Both the position numbers and the translations under genes were made by a program. Below the pieces are notes generated by a model. The model saw nothing but the letters and a program-made list of their open reading frames with translations. It had not been told where the DNA came from and did no database searches. From NCBI GenBank assembly GCA_963845535.1, contig CAWJSK010000012.1, forward strand, positions 256,001 through 320,000: a stretch of DNA of 64,000 nucleotides, read 5' to 3'. This stretch comes from an uncultured Spirochaetota bacterium. GTDB lineage: Bacteria > Spirochaetota > Spirochaetia > SZUA-6 > Fen-1364. Position 1 is the first letter of the stretch, and each line of letters begins with the position of its first letter. Positions 49,157-57,864 of this stretch are shown piece by piece.

Positions 49157-50803
49157 ATGAAGACGGAGACGAACAACGGGTTCCTCGAAGACCTCTATGA
49201 GAAGGCCGGCGGAACGACGCGGACCCTTCCAGCGCCGCCGCCCGTGGACCAGAAAAAAGTGCAGGACTTCATCTCCCGTTTCCACCAGGCGCTTTCCGGG
49301 TTCGAGCCGGCAGACATCGAAGCCCGGCACACCATCCCCCCTGAGCTCCTCGAGCGGATGAAGGCAAGCGGCGTCTTCGGGCTCATGGTGCCGACGCAGT
49401 ACGGCGGAATGGGCTTCACCCTGACCGAGTACCTTCTGGCAATCGAGGAGCTTTCCGGCGTGGACCTCTCCACCGCGCTCATCCCGCTGGCGCACACCTC
49501 CATCGGCATCAAGGGCATCCTTCTCTTCGGGACCGAGGACCAGAAGCGGCGCTATCTCCCCCGCGCGGCAACGGGAGAGCTGATCTTCGCCTACGCGCTT
49601 ACCGAGCCCGAGACAGGCTCCGATGCGCAGCACATCAGGACCAAGGCGCAGCTCGCTGATGACGGCGTGAGCTATCTTGTTGATGGGACCAAGACGTTCA
49701 TCACGAATGCGAACTATGCCGGGGCTTTCACGGTGTTCGCGCAGATGGACCCCCAAAAGCCGGGCACCATGGGCGCTTTCATTGTAGAAAGGAACTGGAG
49801 CGGCGTCTCCGTGGGGGCCGACATGCCCAAGATGGGTCTTGCCGCCAGCTCCACGGCAACCGTCATGCTTCGGGGGGTGACCGTTCCCCGGGAAAACCTT
49901 ATCGGGGAGCCGGGGGACGGGTTCAAGATCGCCATGACCATTCTCAACTACGGAAGGCTCGGGCTCGGCGCGGGCTCGGCGGGGAGCATGGCCAAGTCCC
50001 TGGAGGACATGAGGAGGCGCGCGGCAAGCCGGAAGCAGTTCGGCGTCCCTATCGGGCAGTTCGACCTGATCAGGGAAAAGCTGGCAAACGCGCGGGTCCA
50101 CGGGCTTGCCGCAGCGGGAATGACATATCTCACTGCGGCCATGCTGGAGGCGGATCCGCTGGCTGGCGTTGCAATCGAAAGCTCGCACTGCAAGCTCTAT
50201 GGAACGACGAGATGCTGGGACACGTTGTACGACGCCCAGCAGGTGGCCGGCGGCTCGGGTTATCTCTCCACCCAGCCGTACGAGAAACGGCTGCGGGACT
50301 TCCGCGTGACAACCATCTTCGAGGGCACCACGGAAATCCATTCCATCTACCCCGCGCTCACCGCGCTTCGCGCCGCGGCCAAATCTCTCAAGGGCCAAGG
50401 CGCCGTGGGCAAGCTTCTCTTGCTGCGCCGTCTATCAAGGCCGCGGCTTCGCGGCGTGTTGCGCGAGCGAACACCCCAGTTCCGCTCGGCCATTGCGCGC
50501 GCCGAGGCCGGCGAGAAAGGTTTCCGGAAGCTCATGACGGCGGGAATGCGTCGATTCGGCGCGAAGATCATCGAGCACGAGCTGTACTTGCGGCAAATGA
50601 CCGAGCTGAGCCTGTCCGCGTACTGGCTGCTCGCGACGGTCTGGCTTCTGAAAGCTCGGTACCCCGCTGGCAACTTCCCTCCCGAGGACCTGCATTCTCT
50701 GGAGTGGCTCATTGAGGAGGCGCGGGCCGCGCAGCGCAACGCAGGCCGTCCATGGCGTGACGACCATGAGGCGCTCGTGCGTCGCCTTACGCCGCAGCAA
50801 TAG
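49157..50803 (+). CDS. acyl-CoA dehydrogenase (VLCAD/ACAD9-like)
   Basis: AHTSIG, YALTEPETGSDA, GTKTFITN, KMGL, LNYGRLG, RKQFG, IFEGTTEI. Confidence 0.92.
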   Translation: MKTETNNGFLEDLYEKAGGTTRTLPAPPPVDQKKVQDFISRFHQALSGFEPADIEARHTIPPELLERMKASGVFGLMVPTQYGGMGFTLTEYLLAIEELSGVDLSTALIPLAHTSIGIKGILLFGTEDQKRRYLPRAATGELIFAYALTEPETGSDAQHIRTKAQLADDGVSYLVDGTKTFITNANYAGAFTVFAQMDPQKPGTMGAFIVERNWSGVSVGADMPKMGLAASSTATVMLRGVTVPRENLIGEPGDGFKIAMTILNYGRLGLGAGSAGSMAKSLEDMRRRAASRKQFGVPIGQFDLIREKLANARVHGLAAAGMTYLTAAMLEADPLAGVAIESSHCKLYGTTRCWDTLYDAQQVAGGSGYLSTQPYEKRLRDFRVTTIFEGTTEIHSIYPALTALRAAAKSLKGQGAVGKLLLLRRLSRPRLRGVLRERTPQFRSAIARAEAGEKGFRKLMTAGMRRFGAKIIEHELYLRQMTELSLSAYWLLATVWLLKARYPAGNFPPEDLHSLEWLIEEARAAQRNAGRPWRDDHEALVRRLTPQQ

Positions 50804-50820
50804 CTTGCACCCTGACCGCT

Positions 50821-52999
50821 TTACGCCGCCACCCCTTGGGAGAATCCCTTGCTCTCAGCGGCAAGGCGGCTGATGAGAGGAGCCGGGGCAAATCGCTTGC
50901 CAACCGTTTCGGGCATAAAGCTCGAGCATTTCACGCGCCGTCCCGATCCCCAGCTCATCTTCCGCCCAGTGGAGCAGACCCCCGCGAAACGGCGGAAAGC
51001 CGGTCCCGAGGACGAGGGCCAGATCCAGGCCCCGCGCGGAAGATACGACTCCCTCCTCCAGCGCTCGGGCGGCTTCGTTCAGCATGGCCAGCAAGGGCCG
51101 GTGGACAATCTCCGCGCGCGTTGCCGGCGTCGCGCCGGGAGAACGGCTGAGCAGATGCCAGATCTGGGGGTTGGCGCGGCGCTGAGTCCTTGCATGCTTC
51201 CCGCGCTGGTAGAGATAGAACCCCGCCCCGGATTTCTTCCCCAAAAGCCCGGCCTGGCTCACAGTGCCCAGCAGAGCGCCCGGGGCCATGCGTTCGGCGA
51301 ACGCAACGGCAAGGATTCGCGCCACGTGCGACGCTACGTCGATCCCGATCTCGTCAAGCAGGGCAAAGGGGCCCATGGGCATTCCGAAATCCTCCAGAAC
51401 CTTGTCGACCATCCTGAAGTCCGCACCCTCCTCCACGAGGCTCACGCACTCGTTCAGATACGGCATGAGGAGCCGGTTGACGAGGAACCCGGGGCAATCC
51501 TTGACCACGATAGGGGTTTTGCCCAGATCCAGCGCCAGCGAGCACGCCCGGGCCACGGTTTCCGCGCTTGTCGCGGGTCCTGGTATGATCTCCACGAGCG
51601 GCATGATGGACGGCGGATTGAAGAAGTGCATGCCCACGAATCGCTCAGGCTTACCCAGGGCGCCGGCCATTTCGGAAATGGAAAGTGAGGAAGTGTTCGA
51701 TGCAAGGAGCGTGTCAGCCGCCACCTCCCCTTCGACCTCGGCCAGCACCTTCTTCTTGACGGAGAGGTTCTCTACAACCGCCTCGATGACCACGTCCGGC
51801 TTCCCCAGGGATGCATACTCCACGGCTCCGGAAAGCTTGTGCATGCGGAGGCTTATACGGCGGCTGTCCAATCGGCCCCGGCGCGCAAGCTCCTGGAAAG
51901 TCTCATATGCTGATCGGAAGCCTTTCTGCACCGCATCCCAGCTCACGTCCTTCATCACGGCGGGAATGTCGCGATGCGCGAAAAGCCAGGCGATCTTTCC
52001 GCCCATCACTCCCGCGCCGAGCACCGCCGCGCGGGAGACTTTCCCCTGAGCCTGCCCCGCAGGAGTTGGAGCGTGGCGCGCGGCCTCCCGCGCGAAGTAC
52101 AAGCCTATGAGGTTTCGACACACCCGGGTGGGCGCCGTCCTGCCAAGAGCCCGACGCTCCAGCTCGAGAGCCCTGTCTCTGGATGCGCGCGCCGTCTTTG
52201 GCAGGAGACTGAGAACCTCCTGCAGCGCGGGATAATGCCTGCCTCCTTTTGCGTTGACCTCCGCACGAGCCGCTCGAAAAACCAGGGCCCTGCCGAACTG
52301 GTTCCCTTCCGCAAGGAACCGGCCCAGGGCGCCGCGCCTTCGGCGCCTGACGGGGCCGGCCGATCCGCCTGAGGCAATCTTCTGCGCAAAAGCGCGCGCC
52401 TTGTCATCCAGAAACGCGGCGGGATAACAGGCGTGGGCAAGCCCCATGCGCGCGGCCTTCGGTCCGTCCACGGACTTGCCGCTCAGGATCATGCCAAGTG
52501 CCTGTACAAGCCCCACTGCCCGCGGAAGACGGTAGGTTCCGCCGAAGCCCGGCACTATGCCCAGGCCGGTTTCCGGCAGACCAAGCTGCGTCTTCGGGTT
52601 GTCGGACACGAGCCGATACGTACATGCAAGCGCAAGCTCGAGGCCACCCCCCACTGCCGGCCCGTCAATGACCGCCACCGTAGGGAAGGGAAGGTCCGCC
52701 AGCTTGTTGAAGACTTCCTGCCCCATGCGGGATTTTTCTTCCGCGGAGCGCGGGTCATGGAGCGTGTTGATCTCCTTGATGTCCGCCCCTGCTATGAACG
52801 TCCCGGGCTTCCCGCTTCTGACAAGAAGACACCGCACGTCGGTTCGGAGGGCCACGTCGGACAGGACCCGATCCAGCTCCTCCATGACGACGGCCCGCAG
52901 GAGGTTGTGCTTTTCTCCCGGCACATCGAGCACAAGCTCGGCAATTCCCTCGCGCTCGCGGAGGGAAAAAACGCGGAGAGAGTTGGCGGCCGCCATCAT
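50821..52999 (-). CDS. fadJ: FadJ/FadB-like enoyl-CoA hydratase / 3-hydroxyacyl-CoA dehydrogenase (probable frameshift near 50912)
   Basis: FIAGADI, GGGLELALAC, GLPE; GAGVMG, EAVVEN, SNTSSL, GMHFFNP, PGFLVNR, GFPPFRGG; native-looking tail GKRFAPAPLI.. lies in another frame ending at 50821. Confidence 0.85.
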
Positions 53000-54285
53000 G
53001 CTGCCTCCAGGAGCAGGGCGGCGCCCTGCCCGCCCCCCACGCACAGTGTGGCAAGACCAAGGTTCTCTTTCCTGCGGCGCAGCTCCTTCAGCACGTGGAT
53101 GACAAGCCGGGTGCCGGTCATCCCGACGGGATGGCCAAGGGCGATGGCGCCGCCGTGGGCGTTGAGCCGGCCCCTGTCCAGCTCTCCCATCTTCTTTTCC
53201 CGACCCAGGAACTTGCGCGAAAACTCGTCCGAGGCGAACGCGCGCTCGCAGGCAATCACCTGCGCGGCGAACGCCTCGTTCAGCTCGACGTAGCCGATGT
53301 CCCGCATGGCAACGCCTGAGCGCTCCAGGAGAAGGCTCGTGGCGTACACGGGGCCAAGGCCCATGCGCTCAGGCTCGAGGGAGGCGTACGCAAACTCCCG
53401 CAGGAAGCCCAGCGGCGTGAGCCCGCGGGCCTTTGCATCGCCTTCCGCCATGAGGAGGACAGCCGCCGCGCCGTCCGTGATCTGGGATGAATTGCCGGCC
53501 GTCACGGTCCCGTTCCTCCTGTCGAAATAGGGGGAAAGCCTGGCCAGGGCTTCCCTGCTCTGGTTTTCCCTGATGCCGTTATCCTCAGTGACCATCTTGT
53601 CGAACGATGGAAGAGTGGGGACGGGCAGAATCTCCTGGGCCAAGGTGCCGTCCCGCTGCGCCGCGGAAGCCCGCTGGTGGGAAAGGAGCGCGAGCTCGTC
53701 CTGCTCTTCCCTGCCAATGTGAAACTCCCGCGAAAGGTTTTCCGCCGTCAGGCCCATGATGAGGCCGCTCACGGGATCCGTCAGGCCCTCCAGGAGGGCG
53801 ACTTCCGGCTTGAGCATCCGCATGCGGAAACCGGCCAGCGCGGAAAGCCTCTGCCCGAAGCTCTTTGCGCGGGACAGGCGGTTCGCGAACTCCGCGTATT
53901 CCTTGGGAAAAAGCAGGGGGATATTGCTCATGCTCTCGACTCCGCCAGCAATGAATACCTTGCCGTAACCGGAAAGGATTTTCAGGGTCGCGGTCGTTAT
54001 CGACTCCATGCCGCTCGCGCAGTTCCTGTGGACGGTGAAGGCCGGGACGGAAGACGGGATGCCGGCCTTGAGCGCGATGACCCGGGCAATGTTTGCCGCA
54101 TTGGCGGGCTGCGCCACGTTGCCAATGACAACCTCGTCGATCTCACGGGGCTCCACGCGCGTTCGGCTGAGCACCTCGCGCACGACGAACGCCGCAAGGT
54201 CATCGGCAGGCACGTCCGAAAGCAGCGTTCCCGCCCTGGCCATGGGCGTCCGGACTCCGTCTATGATGGCCACCCTTTCCCTCAT
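52996..54285 (-). CDS. acetyl-CoA C-acyltransferase (thiolase, FadI/FadA-like)
   Basis: RTPM, RNCASG, GGVESMS, TAGNSSQITDGA, NEAFA, GGAIALGHPVG, LCVGGGQG. Confidence 0.94.
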   Translation of the reverse strand: MRERVAIIDGVRTPMARAGTLLSDVPADDLAAFVVREVLSRTRVEPREIDEVVIGNVAQPANAANIARVIALKAGIPSSVPAFTVHRNCASGMESITTATLKILSGYGKVFIAGGVESMSNIPLLFPKEYAEFANRLSRAKSFGQRLSALAGFRMRMLKPEVALLEGLTDPVSGLIMGLTAENLSREFHIGREEQDELALLSHQRASAAQRDGTLAQEILPVPTLPSFDKMVTEDNGIRENQSREALARLSPYFDRRNGTVTAGNSSQITDGAAAVLLMAEGDAKARGLTPLGFLREFAYASLEPERMGLGPVYATSLLLERSGVAMRDIGYVELNEAFAAQVIACERAFASDEFSRKFLGREKKMGELDRGRLNAHGGAIALGHPVGMTGTRLVIHVLKELRRRKENLGLATLCVGGGQGAALLLEAA

Positions 54286-56069
54286 TTCCATCCTCCTATG
54301 GAGCGATACATCTCCTCGATGGCGTCGGCATACTGCTTCTCCACGGCGAACCTGCGCAGCTTCAGCGTCGGGGTCAGCTCGCCGGTCTCAACGCCCGCGG
54401 GGTGGTCCAGGATCACGAAGCGCTCCACCCGCTCGGTGTGATGGAGATGCGCGTTGATGCCGTCGATTTTCTCCTGTGTGAACACCCGCAGGAAATCGCT
54501 TCGCAGGAACTGCTCGTCCGAAAGCGCCTCGAGGCCCACGCTGCTCTTGAAAGCGACAAGCTTCTGCGGGTCGGGGAAAAGGAGCGCCACCACGTACGCC
54601 CGATTGTCCGCCACGGTCAGCGCCGAGTCGACGAAGGGAATTCCGCTGAGCGCCTCCTCGATGGGCCCCGGCGGTACGTATTCCCCCGTGGACTTCTTGA
54701 ACAGCTCCTTCTTGCGGCCGGTGATGGCGAGGTATCCGTCCCCGTCAAGGCTTCCCATGTCCCCCGTGTGGAGCCAGCCTTCGTCGTCCACCGTCGACGC
54801 CGTGGCCCCGGGGTTGTTGTGGTATCCGCGCATGACATTCGGTCCCCGGGCAAGGATTTCACCATCGTCTGCAATCCGGATCTCGACGCCGGGGAACGCT
54901 CGTCCCACCGTGCCGACCGCGCGTCTGCCCGGCGAGTTGGCCGCGATGACCGGCGATGCCTCCGTGAGGCCATAGCCTTCATATACGGGTATGCCGACGT
55001 TGATGAGGAAAGAGGCCACGTCTGGGGAAAGCCGGGAAGCCCCGGAGATGACCTGGCGCAGGCGGCCGCCCAGGGCGTGGCGCATCTTCGCGTAGACCGC
55101 CTTGTCGAAGATGCGATCAGAGAGCGTGGGGGGGCTGTCGGCAACCCTTGTGCGGGCCCGTTTCAGGGCGGCCCTGGCAATGAGCCCCTTGATGCCGCGA
55201 GTTTCCTGCGCTGCCTTGGCGAGGCCGGCAGCCACCTTTTCCAGAATCCTCGGGACCACGGTCATGATGGTGGGTTTTACGTCCCGGATATATTCCGCAA
55301 CGCGCTTCGGGTCGTCAACGAAGTAGACGGGAAGCCCGCTCGAGATATAGAAGCAAAGCGTCATGCGCTCGAAAATATGCTCGGGCGGAAGGACGGAAAG
55401 GCATACGTCCGTTCCCGCGGCCGGCGGAAACGTGCTGATGGTGGCATGCACCTGGGAAACGATGTTGGCCTGCGTCAGCTCCACCCCTTTGGGCAGCCCG
55501 GTGCTCCCGCTGGTATAGATGATCGTTGCGAGGTCTGACGGGGCCACCTTCCGGCACAAGGACTCGAACAGGTCGGGCTCCCGCAAGGACCTCTCCCGTC
55601 CCCTGCTCATGATCCGTTCGAACTGTTCATGCCTCCCCGAGTACCAGAACGTCACGAGGATCGTCTTGTCCCGAGCGTGCTCGAACGCCATGGGCATCTC
55701 GTCCGGGTTGCCGACAAAGAGCCAGCGCATGCCGGAGTCCCGCACCTCATGCGTGAAGCTCTCCACCGATATTCTCTTGAACAAAGGGACGGTTACGGCG
55801 CCGATGCATTGGATGGCGAAGTCCACGGCGACCCACCAGGGGGACGACGGGGCTATCAGCCCCACCCTGTCGCCTTTGCCGACCCCTTCCTCGAGAAGAC
55901 CGAGGGAAAGGTGCTCCACCGTGCGGCGAAGCTCCCGGTGAGAAAGCGACACCCACTGCCCCCCGCTGGGAAAGTTCAAGGCGTTTGTCAGCGAATAGCG
56001 TGACGTCGCATGAAGCAGGAGAGCAGGGACCGTCTCGAAAGATTGGGCTGAAGAACCGTCATTCTGCAT
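54282..56069 (-). CDS. fadD: long-chain fatty acid-CoA ligase
   Basis: YTSGSTGLPKGV, YEGYGLTE, GWLHTGD, TGRKKELFK, LTPTLKLRR; start 56069 or 56084. Confidence 0.9.
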   Translation of the reverse strand: MQNDGSSAQSFETVPALLLHATSRYSLTNALNFPSGGQWVSLSHRELRRTVEHLSLGLLEEGVGKGDRVGLIAPSSPWWVAVDFAIQCIGAVTVPLFKRISVESFTHEVRDSGMRWLFVGNPDEMPMAFEHARDKTILVTFWYSGRHEQFERIMSRGRERSLREPDLFESLCRKVAPSDLATIIYTSGSTGLPKGVELTQANIVSQVHATISTFPPAAGTDVCLSVLPPEHIFERMTLCFYISSGLPVYFVDDPKRVAEYIRDVKPTIMTVVPRILEKVAAGLAKAAQETRGIKGLIARAALKRARTRVADSPPTLSDRIFDKAVYAKMRHALGGRLRQVISGASRLSPDVASFLINVGIPVYEGYGLTEASPVIAANSPGRRAVGTVGRAFPGVEIRIADDGEILARGPNVMRGYHNNPGATASTVDDEGWLHTGDMGSLDGDGYLAITGRKKELFKKSTGEYVPPGPIEEALSGIPFVDSALTVADNRAYVVALLFPDPQKLVAFKSSVGLEALSDEQFLRSDFLRVFTQEKIDGINAHLHHTERVERFVILDHPAGVETGELTPTLKLRRFAVEKQYADAIEEMYRSIGGWK

Positions 56070-56164
56070 ACGCGCGCCATTCACCTACTGGCTAAAGATA
56101 CTCAAACACGCGCCACGCGGCGCGCCACCTCACGCACGGCAATCCCCCGCCGAACAATTCCCCC

Positions 56165-56193
56165 TTGCGCCGGAACCCGCAGGTCGCTACAGT
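56165..56193 (+). promoter_or_regulatory. leaderless-type promoter of the HAMP cyclase
   Basis: TTGCGC, 17 bp, TACAGT, 6 nt, GTG at 56200. Confidence 0.65.
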
Positions 56194-56199
56194 AAAGAG

Positions 56200-57864
56200 G
56201 TGAGTATCCGGCTGAAAATCATCCTGATTGTGGTACCTCTGATCATCGCCACGCTGGCCCTCACGGCGCTTTCGTCATTTTTCTCCGCTACAAACGCCAT
56301 CACGGGAATCGCCAAGGACTTCCTGGGCTTCAAGGCGGACGAGCTCTCCAATCAGGCGCAAAGCCAGTGGGGCCTCCTCGTGACGAACAACCTTTCCGAC
56401 CAGCCGGAGATGATCGCGGCCACGCAAACCGCGGTGCAGGGCTACGCCCAGAGCATCATCCGAAGCCCCACGGAGCTGATCCTCGCGTTCGACAAGAGCG
56501 GAAACGTGGTCATGAGCACCTCTGACGTCACGGTTCAGCCCGCCGAACGCGCGGCGCTGCAGCAGCTTATCAGTACCAAGAGCACGGAGCTCACCACCAT
56601 CCGCCTCGGGGGCAAGGACAGGGTGGCCAAGGGCTCCTGGTTCGACCCCTTCGGCTGGTACATGATGGTGACGGAGGAGCGCAGCACCTTCTACAACAGG
56701 GTCAACCAGATCACCCAGCGGAGCGCCATCATCCTGGGGGCGGCAATCGTCCTGGCCGTCATCCTCATGCTCCTGTTCGCGCGCTACCTGACCCGCCCCC
56801 TCACGCGGGTGGCGGGGACAATGAGGAGCATCATCGCCACGAATGATCTCTCCCAGCGGGTGCTGGTGGAATACAAGGACGAGATCGGCGGACTTGCCCA
56901 GACTTTCAACCTCATGGTCGGGGAGCTGGAGAAAGCCTACGGGCAGATCAAGAACTTCGCTTTCAAGGCGGTGCTGGCGCAGAAGCGCGAGCAGAAGATA
57001 CGAAACATTTTCCAGAAATACGTTCCCAAGGACGTGATCGACAGGTTTTTCCAGAACCCAGAATCCATGCTCGTGGGAGAAAACCGGATCCTCTCGGTCC
57101 TTTTCTCCGACATCAGGAGCTTCACAACCATCTCCGAGAAGATGGCACCCGCGGACCTCGTGAACTCCCTCAACCGCTACTTCAACGTCATGGTGGACAT
57201 CATCATGGACAAGGGCGGGATCGTGGACAAGTACATCGGGGACGCAATCATGGCTTTCTTCGGCGCCCCGGTGAAGCATGAAAACGATGCTCTGCGGTCG
57301 TTGGTGGCCGGGTTGGAAATGACGGAAGCCCTGGCAAACTTCAACGAAAGCCAGAAGTCGACGGGCGCGCCAGAGTTCCAGATCGGTGTCGGCATCAATT
57401 TCGGCGAGGTGACCGTGGGCAACATCGGAACCGAGAAAAAGATGGACTACACGGTCATTGGCGACATGGTGAACCTGGCCTCCCGTCTGGAGGGGCTTAC
57501 CAAGCAATACCACCAGAGGCTTATCATCTCCGAGAATCTGTTCGAACAGGTCAACGGCAGGGACGGCATAAGCTACCGGCTCCTGGACTCTGTTGCAGTC
57601 AAAGGAAAGACCAAGGGAGTGAAGATCTATTCCGCCAAAAGAGCTCTCGCGGCCGCGGAGAAAGAAGCCTGGGACATGCACAACGCTGCCATGGAAGAGT
57701 ACTACCGGCGCGGCTTCGGAAAAGCCGCACGGCTGTTCGACGAGGTTGGCCGCAGGCTGCCGGGGGATTTCGCAAGCCAGCAGCTTCGCGACCGGTGTCT
57801 TCTGTATGAAAAGGACCCCCCTGAGCAGAGATGGGACGGCGTCGAGGTCATGAAGACCAAATGA
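56200..57864 (+). CDS. membrane-bound class III adenylate cyclase (periplasmic sensor, HAMP, TPR-like tail)
   Basis: two TMs, HAMP DEIGGLAQTFN.M, LFSDIRSFT, DKYIGDAIM, DYTVIGDMVNLASRLE, WDGV tail. Confidence 0.92.
   Translation: MSIRLKIILIVVPLIIATLALTALSSFFSATNAITGIAKDFLGFKADELSNQAQSQWGLLVTNNLSDQPEMIAATQTAVQGYAQSIIRSPTELILAFDKSGNVVMSTSDVTVQPAERAALQQLISTKSTELTTIRLGGKDRVAKGSWFDPFGWYMMVTEERSTFYNRVNQITQRSAIILGAAIVLAVILMLLFARYLTRPLTRVAGTMRSIIATNDLSQRVLVEYKDEIGGLAQTFNLMVGELEKAYGQIKNFAFKAVLAQKREQKIRNIFQKYVPKDVIDRFFQNPESMLVGENRILSVLFSDIRSFTTISEKMAPADLVNSLNRYFNVMVDIIMDKGGIVDKYIGDAIMAFFGAPVKHENDALRSLVAGLEMTEALANFNESQKSTGAPEFQIGVGINFGEVTVGNIGTEKKMDYTVIGDMVNLASRLEGLTKQYHQRLIISENLFEQVNGRDGISYRLLDSVAVKGKTKGVKIYSAKRALAAAEKEAWDMHNAAMEEYYRRGFGKAARLFDEVGRRLPGDFASQQLRDRCLLYEKDPPEQRWDGVEVMKTK

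Noticed and set aside
48788..50398. 536-aa ORF as a large antitoxin fusion
   Set aside because: Only the last 76 codons (from ATG 49018) look like an antitoxin; the rest is antisense to the acyl-CoA dehydrogenase
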